A stretch of DNA of 61,685 bases, counting the filler, from Sphacelaria rigidula (Eukaryota), in assembly GCA_964200075.2 (NCBI GenBank). It is 8 parts of 8 records of this genome, joined end to end, with 100 filler letters (N's around TTAATTAATTAA, not from the genome) between each part and the next. Parts side by side here need not be neighbours in the genome. Positions count along the whole stretch, not along the records: positions 7,725 to 15,348 come from CAXNAA020014048.1; positions 15,449 to 23,071 come from CAXNAA020014049.1; 6 more parts are not named here. The stretch is one strand, 5' to 3'. This document shows, in pieces, positions 11,976 to 23,171 of the stretch. How positions within the stretch are numbered: the first letter of the stretch is position 1; every line of letters starts with the position of its first letter. Below the pieces are notes generated by a model, which had not been told where the DNA came from, did no database searches, and worked only from the letters and a program-made list of their open reading frames with translations. Both the position numbers and the translations under genes were made by a program.

Positions 11976-12839
11976 TACGTGCAACCTTCGGTGAAATGGT
12001 TGGTAGGCTTTGCGGAGTGGTCGAACTTACTCTGAAACTTGTGAAGAAGCTGTTCCGAACAAGATCAATCAACAGAATGATCGAACATTGATATATATAT
12101 ATACCACGTAAACATATAATTTACCTCATGACGATAGCCGAATCACAAGAGGCAATTGGCAATTGGTGGTAGCAACGGCGAAAAAGTAGAACTCTATTCT
12201 ACAATCTACAAAAAGCACGGAGTACAGTCAAAACTTTACGTGGATAATCCCGCAGCAAGGAATGTGGGGTTAGTACCGAGGTGCAGATGAGCATGTAATA
12301 CTCTGTTCTCCCCCGCTCAAGTTTTGCGTTGTATGCTCCTTCACTGCCATATAATGGTTATTTTTTTGCTCAAATCTTGTCCTGTTGTCTCATTTTTTTA
12401 CTGGGGGCATCTCTCGGTTTCATTCCGTGCTACGCCTGAGTCGGTGTCATGTTCTACGCTCCCCCTCCGAAACCAAACCGCGGCAAATTCATTCGAATCG
12501 ACGGAACACGTAATCACAACGGTGCTGGCCGAAATCATTAGTAAACGTCATAGCTGCCTCATGCAAGAGCTCCGGCTCGATCTGACCCGCCATAGCGCAC
12601 AAATTGGCGTTGGATATTTCCGGAGCGTTGGCAAAACAGATCCATACAACGTGCAAATAAGGTCATTTGTCGTTCTGGTGTCTGATACATATTCGCACGA
12701 AACGCATGCTGTATTGCATAACGTCTACTGCTGCCACTGCACCCAACACTGTACGATACGAGGCCGCTATTGTGCTCGTAGCCTCCCGCAAAGGTTTGAG
12801 CTCTATTTCTCAAATGTTTCCATCTTCATCCAAATCTTT

Positions 12840-13098
12840 CACGGTTAGGACGAATAATCACGGCCACGAATCACGAAATCCGCGATTTCTTCGGCCTGAT
12901 TGCCCAAAAGGGAGAAAAACGCTGACCGCTGGCACAAGGGATATCCACGCAACTTTTGCGCCATTCCACGTGTCTGGGCTGCGTGAACCTGGGTTGCAGC
13001 GCCGAAAACAAAGCCTAGGGATTAATTCGTACGATTCGAATCAATTACACTGAAACCAATTAATTTCCAGACGAAGCATTGATTTTGTCCGACCCTTG
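12840..13098 (+). mobile_element. hAT-type MITE family A
   Basis: Colinear with 14331-14593; termini cacggttaggac / gtccgacccttg; TSD decayed. Confidence 0.85.
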
Positions 13099-14330
13099 AA
13101 ACGTTGTCCATATCCTGTCGCTTTGTTTCATCGGCGTCGCGGACGTAGTGCCGCGCTAAATAATAAACCTTCCACACGTTGATGAATCAAGTTCCGTACG
13201 AGTTGACTCGCCGCGACTGTCGAGGTGTCAAGTGTCCTTGTTGTCAAAAGATTAGTCATGTACGAATCACGAAAAACGAAATACGTTCGACGTAGTATCG
13301 CGCGAGTGACGAACAGGATTGCGTACGATACGCTCCAAATAGTGACACTAATCCAGGAGAGTATAAGCCATGTGCATATCACCCTTATTTTACGAGTCAC
13401 TCTTGAAGGTGAAAACAAATGAACCTCGGAGTCGCGTGTCATGAGCGGCAGTTACGAAACATGCACCAAGGTAAGGGAGTATCCTGGCGCATGGCATGGT
13501 GGACGAGATACTGTGCGTTTAATTCACGTCGCAACAATGATGGGCGAGAAAAACAGTCCATCTGATTCATACGTATAGGAAGACAAGCGGGAAATACGTA
13601 CGCGTCATTCATGTCGTACGACTGACAGCTGAGAACTCTGTAGACTTGATTCTTACGGTATAAACGAAAGGCGGGAGACATGTGCGTGTGATTCGGGGTG
13701 TACATGAATCACAACCGGAGACCACGTACGCGTAATTCATGCCGTATAAATCACAAATGGGAAACATGTAGCGAACCTTCTAGGGTGCACCCCATGATTG
13801 GCGAGGGGGGTTGGGTTGGTGTCCCACGAATCATAAGCACAAAACATACACAAGCCACAGCTCTTGTATGAGTCGCATGATTAATTCGCGCAAACGTGGA
13901 ATATGGACTAATCATGACTGTATGCGTCCGATGTGTGAAACGTTTCGAATTCGACTGCTTGTTATCCATAGATTTGATGGACAATTTTTTCGCCACAAGA
14001 GACCATCTAGCGCTTATGACACGGGCAGGACATGGGCAGCCTCATTTTCCACGAGAAGTGTAGTCGGCTTTGGGGAGGTATCATCGCTTCAAGGTTGTGC
14101 TTTTGTGGGGTGCACCCCTACCGTAGCATCACCCAGGTATGACTATCTCAAGCACCTCAACTACCTGCATGCAGAGAGGCACCTTTGCGTGATGGAACTT
14201 TATGTAACACGAGTCGAGGGTAAGTGTCGTGCTTACCCTACATTATTACGTGGGATTTTTTTACATGGCACTTGATACATTCCACCATGATCGATGCCAT
14301 AGTACGGTAGGGTCAACGGAGTGAACGTTC

Positions 14331-14593
14331 CACGGTTAGGACGAATCATCACGGGTTCGTATCACCAAACCCACGATTTCTTCGGCCCGACTGCCCAAAA
14401 GGGAGAACAAAAGTTGACCGCTGGTCCAAGGGGTATGTATCCACGCAACGTTTGCGCCACTCCACGTGTCTGGGCTGCGTGTACATGGGTTGCAACGCTG
14501 AAAACAAAGCCTAGGGATTGATTCGTACGATTCGAATCAATTACACTAAAACCAAGTAATTTCCAGACGAATCATTGATTTGTCCGACCCTTG
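14331..14593 (+). mobile_element. hAT-type MITE family A (263 bp)
   Basis: Imperfect TIRs cacggttaggacgaatca / tgatttgtccgacccttg; perfect 8-bp TSD gaacgttc (14323-14330, 14594-14601). Confidence 0.9.
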
Positions 14594-14642
14594 GAACGTT
14601 CCACTCGTCGGACAGCTCATGAGCTATAATACCTGAGATAAG

Positions 14643-15071
14643 CAGGGAGGGATACGTGACACACGTGACACATTAGAAAAAAACGGAAAAAAAGTAACTT
14701 TGGGCCATTTAACGCTACGTAAGGTTTAATGTTTTGGACGGGACAAATGCAACGTAACGTGATGTAACATGTGGACCTTGAAGCAGTGTCTCTTGATGTT
14801 TTTCAGATGTAAAAAAAAACTGTTTTTGTGAATTTTCAACGTGACACGTGACACGTGACACGTGACATGTTCAGGAAAACAAGCAGAGTTTTCGTCACAT
14901 TTGGAAAGTAGAACGCGATGTTGGGGTTCATGCGAAGGACCACACATTACATCACGTTACGTTACACATGTCCCATAAAAAAAACAAATTTTACGTAGCG
15001 TTAAATGACCCAACGCTACGTATTTTCGAATGTGTCACGTTAAAACGTCACGTGTCACGTATCCCTCCCTG
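14643..15071. mobile_element. hAT-type foldback MITE (429 bp)
   Basis: Perfect 20-bp TIR cagggagggatacgtgacac; 8-bp TSD gagataag/gaaataag; internal inverted blocks and acgtgac repeats. Confidence 0.9.
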
Positions 15072-15348
15072 GAAATAAGTAATCGAAGAAAACTCTCGGA
15101 TCCGAGAAGTCAAAGCGTTACCTTCCCGCTACACCGCTTGCTCGCCGTCCATGGCTGTCGGGATTGATTTGATTTGAATGATTGCTTGTCGCATTTTAAG
15201 TGACCGCCCAGGGGTCCAGCCGTGGTGTCATGATAGACGTACCCAACATAAACCAAACTGAAACATTGACACGCTCTGAAAAAAAGAAGGAGCAGGAAAA
15301 AAAAAGAGAGGGGTCGAACAGAACGATATAGCAGACTAAGTCGTAACA

Positions 15349-15448
15349 NNNNNNNNNNNNNNNNNNNNNNNNNNNNNNNNNNNNNNNNNNNNTTAATTAA
15401 TTAANNNNNNNNNNNNNNNNNNNNNNNNNNNNNNNNNNNNNNNNNNNN
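15349..15448. other. Artificial contig linker
   Basis: Same 100-nt spacer. Confidence 0.98.
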
Positions 15449-15757
15449 GATTCATTCATCACGAGTCAACTCATTATACTAGAACCAAGTAATTTCCTGA
15501 CGAATCACTGTTTGTCCTAACCGTGAAATGTTCTGAACCCCAAATGGGGCATAGTCCATCTCAGCCCACGTCCGGGGGGGTCGCTACCTGGGGGTTACCG
15601 ACTCCTCGAAAAACATCGCGAACACGAACTCATGCATGCTTCCCCCCCGGCGAAACAATTCGTGCACACGCAGGACTATCGAAGGGTTTACCCAAGAGCA
15701 GGTGGCTGAGCTGGGCAAGATTCATCGCAAAACTACTCCGTGAGTCCCTCAAGGTTG

Positions 15758-16017
15758 CAAGGGTCGGACAATGATGATTCGTCTGGAAATTACTTGGTTT
15801 TAGTATGATGGTTCGACTCGTGACGAATCAGTCCCTGGGCTTTATTTCAGCGTTGCAACCCAGGTACACGAAGCCCAGACACGGGGAATGACGCAAAAGT
15901 TGCGAGGATACCCCTTGGACCAGCGGTCAACTTTTTTGCCCCTCTTGGGCTGGGCAACTAGGCCGAAGAAGTCGTCAATTTGGTGGTTGTTAGTCGTGAT
16001 GATTTGTCCTAACCGTG
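15758..16017 (-). mobile_element. hAT-type MITE family A, inverted copy
   Basis: Reverse complement of 14331-14593; perfect 8-bp TSD caaggttg (15750-15757, 16018-16025). Confidence 0.9.
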
Positions 16018-16484
16018 CAAGGTTGACCGTCTAGGTCAGCGAGTATTTCATGTTATTTTTCCCTCTCGAGTTCCTTGTTGCGGTTATTCATGGTTCATTT
16101 GCCCCCTGTATGTCTTCTGTGCGACACACGCCAGGATTCGTGGTAGTAGGGCACATCCATTTCACGTTTCGCTTGTTGGTGAAGTGGTGATTCCACGACT
16201 ACTGTGCGGTCGAAATCATCTGTCACGCGACGGACCTGCTTCCCTCGTTTCGAGTAGTTGGCCTTGACCAGTATCGTACGGGGTCCCAGCATAGTGCGGT
16301 CATGCCGGTCATGGCCGGGGTGGCGACCCACCGCACTATGCTGGTATCCTTCACCTACAGTGAATTAACTAGTCGTAAATGGCAATAAGTTGTCTTTACT
16401 CGGCTTTTCCCCGTTCTACCGTCGTCCCGACACACTGGAGTGTGCCGACATCGTATGCGCGCCCCCCCCCCCCCCCCCGTTCAG

Positions 16485-16584
16485 CCTGATCTGGCGAAAA
16501 CCCGGCGTACTCTGTCCTCACTCCGTAGGGATGCGAAGTCAATGGTCTTACTACTACGGCCCTCCCCGCGCGCCCAAGTAAAAT
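16485..16584 (+). CDS. Putative internal exon of the AT-hook protein gene (PDLAKTRRTLSSLRRDAKSMVLLLRPSPRAQVK)
   Basis: Poly-C tract plus ttcag acceptor; GTACGT donor at 16585; phase 1 matches the next exon. Confidence 0.45.
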
Positions 16585-16671
16585 GTACGTAGGCGAAGCT
16601 CGTGGGCGTACGGTGATGTATTGCTTGTGCGAGAAGCTCGTGATATTGTGGACAATGTTACAAACGCACAG

Positions 16672-16919
16672 CACCTGTGTTTCTTTCTGTCGATCCGGCG
16701 CCGCATCTATTGTGCGAAAAAATGAACGCGTGCAGAGAGTGCATCAGCAATTCTGTTTACTTCAACGGGAGCGGGAAGCTGTGTCCGAGAGCATACCCGA
16801 AGCAAACGATGCAGAAAGTGAGGCTGGCGCTTGAGCACTTCTATCCTCACGACGGGCGCATGGGAGCTAACAAGGATACGAGTACCGTAACTGCTCCGGC
16901 GACGGTAACACCCCAAAAG
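16672..16919 (+). CDS. Putative internal exon of the AT-hook protein gene (PVFLSVDPAPHLLCEKMNACRECISNSVYFNG...TPQK)
   Basis: gcacag acceptor; open frame; AAG/GTTGGT donor; phase 0 matches the exon at 17975. Confidence 0.5.
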
Positions 16920-17385
16920 GTTGGTTAGTTTCCCGGAGGGATTTTTTTTTTTTCTCGAGAGGAGGATGAGGCTTTGTTTTTCAAGACACATTGTTCGCCA
17001 TATCCCATACCTGGCCATACATTCATCTGCGTGGGCTGCGAAAAATCCGTCATCGGTCCAAAAAACAAGGAGGGGTAGGGTTGGGGACGGGGCATGGCTT
17101 ACGGGATCTCTCCTGGGTAATTACTGATCGTTTTTTTAAATCTTGGGGTGGGGAATGCGAGGTTGGTGTCTCATATGTTTCATGAATTTTTTTCGTTGGT
17201 GCTCACACCCCATCGTGTTTGATTGTGATGCATGCTATGATCGAACCTGCACCGCTGAGAAAAGACGCGACGTATAAAACCCTGTTGCACACTTCATGAG
17301 GTACACTGGATGGGTTGTAGTAAACGGAACGATCGGTCCGGTGCGTACTTCAATCTGTGTATTTGATACCTGAGGGATAGTATAT

Positions 17386-17727
17386 TTTGTAGTGGAGGAC
17401 CAATCCGTGTTTGTACACATATGAGCATTTCAGCACGTCTACAGGTAATTTTCTCCCGTGGATTGATATTCGGGACCCCAGTCCGTTGGGCAATGTGCTT
17501 CGCATAGCTCTGAGGAAACCAGAACAATTCTCTGGATGTTGACTTTTGGTTCATCATCTTTCTGCCCAGATCGGGAAACTCCCGCAACTCCCCCGAATCT
17601 GGGTATGCGAAGAACATTCACATTGCCCAACGGACTGCGGTCCGTAATATCAATTCACGGGAGGAAATCGCCTCTAGACGGGCTGAGATGCTCATATTTG
17701 TGCAAATACGGACTTGGTCGCTATAAA
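17386..17727. mobile_element. Foldback MITE with ~110-bp inverted arms, inside the predicted intron
   Basis: 17386-17497 matches the reverse complement of 17619-17727 (atatgagcat, gattgatatt and cagtccgttgggcaatgtg blocks). Confidence 0.8.
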
Positions 17728-17974
17728 GAAATGGTTCGTGCTCCGATTACCCGGAGGCTAGGCCAGACCGCCTCGCGGCATTCATGTGGAGAAGGCGCCT
17801 CGAGTGTTCCGGACGTTCCGCTTACGGCAATGTGGAAGTTGAGCCCATTTTAACCACCTGTCAACCTTGGCGCGGTGCAAGCGCCGTCCTACTCTCATGA
17901 GCTTCGGCCCTACTTATGGTACTGATGACCCTCCTCCACCCGTGCACTCGTCGCCAACCCTTCCGTCGTAACAG

Positions 17975-19900
17975 AGGGAGTCTTCAACAACGCACACTCT
18001 CTGCCAAGACCTACAACTCGAACAGCCAAACTCGGCTACCGTAAGCAGTACCACAGCCGCCACGAGCGCGCCTCCTCTTGTCGCTGCCAGTGCTCCGAAG
18101 AAGCACCGGAGCAATCAGCAGCAACAGCAAGAACAGCCAGGCGTTAAAAGGAAGCCGGGACGCCCGAGGAAGTGTTACTCCCGTGGTTCCCAACGCCGTT
18201 TGTCGTCGGATAACTCACCCGCCGCAGGCAGCGGTGGCGGTAGTAGCGGTTGCAACGAGACAGACGTTGTGATGAGGGAACGGGCAACGTCGATGGCACA
18301 ACCTGAGGATGACGGAGGGAGGAAGACGGGCTGCCCTCGGACCGACGATAAAACGATGACGATGGTGATTGTGAATTACAAAATCCGCGATGGCGATGCC
18401 TTGTTTTTCAAGGAAGAAACCGTCATGCCCGATGATAACACCGGCATCAGCAACGGGAACATCTATGGAAAGCAGGGAACGAATAAATATGAAGGGATGA
18501 AAGAGGAAGGAGAGTCAAGAACACCAGGACAAGAAGAGTGGAAGCCACGGGCGGTGTCTCCCGCGGATGCATCCGGTCAAGCCGGAACTCCTACCATCGG
18601 CAGTGATGCCAGCGCCGATGGAGCAAGTGGGTACGAAGACCGGTCAAACACCATCAAAATGAAGACAGAGGCGCCTGTTGGCGAACAGTCCGTCATTACC
18701 CAGCAAAATGTCATGACACCGCAGCGCACCATTACCCCGCTACCCGATATGGCACCGCAGCTGGCTGTCACCTCGCAGCCTGTCATCGTCCAGCGGTCCT
18801 CGGCTTGCCCGCAAGTGCCGATTGTCCCGCAGCCTGCAAATATTCCTCCACAGTGCAAAGAGGTCACCCCGCTTGCTGCCGCCGCTCCGGACGATGAAGA
18901 AGATAACGGTGATGGCAATGCGGACGCGCCAGAAGTGATCTACAGGGGACACGAGATGATCTCGCCTCCCGCTACCCCTCCTAAACTCAGGCTCGAATTT
19001 GTTGGCAACGGGGAAAACGCGGTTCGGGATGTTTCCGCATGCGAGTCGCACCAGCAACATCATTATCAGCGGCAACTACGACAAGATTCGACCCCTGTGA
19101 TTGGTGAAAGTGCTGCACCTGCGGGGATTCCGCCGCCACCCCGTGAGGATGATGACGCAAGTAGAGCGGATGTAACAGACACGGCTTCGGCAACAGCAGC
19201 AGAAGTCGCACCTGCGACCGCTGCTACATCCGCTCCATCTGCACAACCCAGCGTGTATTTCAGTTTTACAGGTGAAGATCTTGACCTCGAAGAGTGGGCG
19301 CCGAACGAGTCAGGAGCACTCGCAATAGCCGAAGATGACCAAGCGCTGGACGCACTCTGCGAGTGGGTAGCCGAAGAACTCGCGAACACGAAAACGGAAG
19401 AAAAAAACTCCACCTTACCAATCGAGAATATTCAGGAAACTAAGGGAGTTGACAGTGGTCAGTCAGGAGAACTTTGTCGTGCCGGGGTCGAATTGGACAG
19501 GGCGGCCGAGGTTTGGAGGATGACTGTGGGTGTGGCTGCGGAGCAACAACAACAGATACAGCAACCGCACTGCAGCAATACAGGCCGGGCTGATGAAGGT
19601 CGTGATGCATCGATGATGCAATGGCAACCGCATCAGCAGCAGCAGCAGCAAGCCGTGGCTGCAGATGCGGCCGCGGAGAGCGAGAAAAACGCCCACGACT
19701 TCGCGGCCGAACTTGGGAATATGTTGGACTTGCGAGATGGAGACCTCATGCACGTGGATCAGGAGGAACCTTCCCCGGAAGGTTCCGCAGACGCGTTTCT
19801 GCGGAACGACTATATCAACCACTCTCCTCACAGTCTCGATCTTGGACCTTTCGATTCCCTTCTTCCTCCAGACGAGGTTGCCTCGTTTCACGGTCATTAA
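17975..19900 (+). CDS. Large terminal exon: AT-hook-containing, low-complexity acidic protein (putative chromatin/transcription regulator)
   Basis: Frame open from a taacag acceptor (17972-17974) to TAA at 19898-19900. AT-hook KRKPGRPRK at 18146-18172, upstream of the ORF-track start. Poly-Q, A/P-rich and acidic-hydrophobic segments follow. Confidence 0.75.
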   Translation, partial: RESSTTHTLCQDLQLEQPNSATVSSTTAATSAPPLVAASAPKKHRSNQQQQQEQPGVKRKPGRPRKCYSRGSQRRLSSDNSPAAGSGGGSSGCNETDVVMRERATSMAQPEDDGGRKTGCPRTDDKTMTMVIVNYKIRDGDALFFKEETVMPDDNTGISNGNIYGKQGTNKYEGMKEEGESRTPGQEEWKPRAVSPADASGQAGTPTIGSDASADGASGYEDRSNTIKMKTEAPVGEQSVITQQNVMTPQRTITPLPDMAPQLAVTSQPVIVQRSSACPQVPIVPQPANIPPQCKEVTPLAAAAPDDEEDNGDGNADAPEVIYRGHEMISPPATPPKLRLEFVGNGENAVRDVSACESHQQHHYQRQLRQDSTPVIGESAAPAGIPPPPREDDDASRADVTDTASATAAEVAPATAATSAPSAQPSVYFSFTGEDLDLEEWAPNESGALAIAEDDQALDALCEWVAEELANTKTEEKNSTLPIENIQETKGVDSGQSGELCRAGVELDRAAEVWRMTVGVAAEQQQQIQQPHCSNTGRADEGRDASMMQWQPHQQQQQQAVAADAAAESEKNAHDFAAELGNMLDLRDGDLMHVDQEEPSPEGSADAFLRNDYINHSPHSLDLGPFDSLLPPDEVASFHGH

Positions 19901-20269
19901 TGGCGTTGACAATACTTGTGTCAGCTGGGCAAGGTGGAAGGGAGGAGAGGGAGTGGGGGGTTGTCTGGGCAAATGAGATGAAGTCCCGTAACAGTTGCTC
20001 TTCCCGCTACTGTTTTGATGTACCCCTTACCCATTGATAGAGGGTGCGACTGGTACCGATGGAGACATTGTTACTCGTGATTTGAGCATTTCGACCGCTG
20101 TTGACCATGAGCTGGGGCGAAGCGGTACGCAAAGACTTTCAACCATAGTGCGCAGTGTGTTATTTCCACGAGAATACACCGGACTAGATGCTGGTCATCA
20201 TCCTTACGTTGCTGCGCCCAACGCTGGAGTTTGCCCTCATGAGAAGAATTGGACATGCCGAGGGGCGAG

Positions 20270-20422
20270 AGGGGGGGGGGGGGGGGGGGGGGAGGAAAAA
20301 AAAAAAAAGGGGGGGGGTGGGGGGGGGGCGGGAATAGAGAAAAAGAGGGGCCTGTGTTTTTGTCTNNNNNNNNNNGGCTTGTGCCCGGCGGCGCGCGGGG
20401 GGGCGCCGTGGTGGGGGGGAGG

Positions 20423-20480
<58 letters not shown>
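20270..20480. other. Poly-G low-complexity tract with an internal 10-N gap (unreliable sequence)
   Basis: Long G homopolymers flank nnnnnnnnnn at 20366-20375. Confidence 0.85.
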
Positions 20481-23071
20481 CGAGTTAGTACATAACGAAA
20501 AGTAGTGAGTTGAGGTATGGCCGAAATTACGAAGAAGCAGTGACCGTTGTTTCGTTTATTTGCTCTATTAATAGAAATATTCAAAGAATCATAACTGTTG
20601 GAAAAGATGAAGGCCTTTGGGGAGGGATATTCATGTGTGCGGCAAACCCGTCTTTCGACGAGGAGCACGACTGTTTGTAGGGAAGGGGAGCGGGTGCATT
20701 AGCTTCTGTGTTGCAGTCAGAACCGTGTTCCCGACAACGGTTAATATGCGTCTTGGCTGCGGGAGTGATGACGGTGATGAGAGGGAAACGTCAGTGAAGA
20801 AAACTAACTAACCCCGCTAATTTTAGGGGAAATGGTGAGGGCGTAAGCAAATAGTGCATCGAAGTAGCGAAGTCACAAGTCTCATGGGGGGAAGGGGGTT
20901 TATTAAGCCACAGGAAGGCGTCCTCTTCTTCCTGCGTAAGGACATTGTTCACTGCAGAGGGAGAGACAACCAAAATATTTGGCAAGACGTATTGTTGAAA
21001 ATTGTAAAGACAGAATAAGCAGTACATCTATTTATTTATCTGTACAGGCTCCTGAAGAATTAAACACAAGAGGCGGTTCATGTTGCAACAGTATATGCCA
21101 GGTGAAAAAAAATGGTTGTTTTGACGGTGTTGTGCATTCTAGAGCAGGGGGGGGGGGTATTGTGTGGAAATGGGAGCAAGAAGAAAAGCCTTGGCTTTTC
21201 GTTGATATATGGGGGTGTCGTTCTGTGCAGCTGTTTGTTCTGTTGTGTTGGGGTCGGAGTTGGTAATCAAGGTGTTTAGCTCTGGCTCTTGTGAAGATGT
21301 TGGACGGACTGTTTGAGTAATTGTTTAAAAGAAGTTTTAGCTGTGTGACGTACGCAGTTAACGTGATGAAACTTTCATCAATTATGTCTTGGGAGAGCGG
21401 AAGAGGCAAAAATATCAAATATCAAGGGTGCTTGAGGTAGGGTAGGGATACAAAATGCCCCAGGGGTACTTTCTACATCCTGAAGCATTTTATGTGTCAA
21501 TGCCCCGGGCACGACGGGTATCCCACCTGTCTTGGCTGTCGACACCCCGCGCACCCTCGAGTATTGGGCACTCGAAGTACCATTGAAATGCTGGTTGCCT
21601 CGGGGTACATACCGTATTATCTGGACCATCATTGCTGAAAGAAGGTTGAAAACCCCTGTGGCGTTGTGTGGGTAGTACCAAACTGAGATTGATGAGGAAC
21701 GTCCAGAGCGTTCTTCACATTGAATTGGTCGATTAATGACTTGAGGGGGATGATGCACCTGCGTGCGCCTCCGTACCACCGGTTACCTGCCCCCTTTCAT
21801 GCATGGTCATACTTCAGTACCGAGTACCCCCTCAGCAGTTTTGTTTGTGTTTTTTGTGTAGGCGATATGTAAGATCAGTAGGCAGTTGTCCGTAGATTGA
21901 TAATGCCGATGGAAACCTTGGAACACGTTGATGTTAGTTTTACCACCGGTATAATATGTACAGCAAGCAACCTTTCATCTGGCGAGAGAGAGTCAAGGAT
22001 TCGACTTGGATAGTGAGGTTTATGATGTGTCCCAACTCATCCGTCTGACTATTCATTTTGTGTGTGTGTTGTGCCTGTACCACTGCCGTGTGCTTACATC
22101 TACACGTCCAAAGCATAGCATACTACTCAAGGATATTTGAGACTTCAGGAGACAGCTACTACTACAGAATGCGTGTAAGGCCCCGAGAGGAAGGGCATTT
22201 CGGCGGTGAAACTGTTTCAGTCGTCGGACCATTCCTTGAAATCTTGAGTTCCACAGTGGAAATCTGCTGACTGGCGAGGGCAATGCAATATAGATATCCA
22301 TTGGCTTCATTCGACGGCTAGAAGCTCTTATTCCAGCTGCTCTTATACTGACTCGGCGAAGTATTCCGCAAGAAACACGAATCCATAATAAACGGATTAT
22401 TTGATTTTGCGATTCTTTGAGTTCCCGCTCTAGATCAAATACTAGGCACTCTGTCTGACGAAGAGGATGCTGTAGTATGTGGTGACGGTGACAGGGAACT
22501 CGGATGGGCAGCACGCGCAAGATACAGTTTCAAGATGACCGCAGCATTCTTTGATCCCTGGATTATGACGTACAGAGTCGACCCGCCATTGAGCAAGCAA
22601 ACACTGTTTGAGAGTGTCAATGAAAATGGCGTAGTGCATTACAATGGCGTTCAACGCCAAAACAGTGTTTTTCCCTGACCTGAAGTGAGACAGGTGACTT
22701 TCATACGGGTGATCTCATCATGCCCCCCGACCTCCCCGAAATCATGAATAGCGGCCCACAGGTATGTCAAACGACCTCACCACTCGCGGTGTGTCTGTAT
22801 TTGGTTGAAAATGGAGTCAAGTGGTGAGGATGAGGGTGTCTTACTATTATTGGTATCAAGCGCGTCCGAACTAACGTCACTGATAATACAACGATGATTT
22901 GAGGTGGAATTTCGTTGAGGAAAATGGTCAAAACTATCCGCCTCCCCCCAAGGGTCTGTCGAGAGAAATTTTTCGGACACGGAGCCCCCCCCCCCCCCCC
23001 GCCCCCCCCGCGGGCCATTTTTTCTAAAATGTTCTTAATTTTTTCCATTTTTTTTAATTTTTTCTGTATTT

Positions 23072-23171
23072 NNNNNNNNNNNNNNNNNNNNNNNNNNNNN
23101 NNNNNNNNNNNNNNNTTAATTAATTAANNNNNNNNNNNNNNNNNNNNNNNNNNNNNNNNNNNNNNNNNNNN
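23072..23171. other. Artificial contig linker
   Basis: Same 100-nt spacer. Confidence 0.98.

Noticed and set aside
20034-20668. Gly/Pro-rich ORFs
   Set aside because: Products of poly-G runs around an assembly gap.
21850-22680. Coding-like stretch on the plus strand
   Set aside because: Multiple stops and no recognisable motif; cannot support a gene or pseudogene call.
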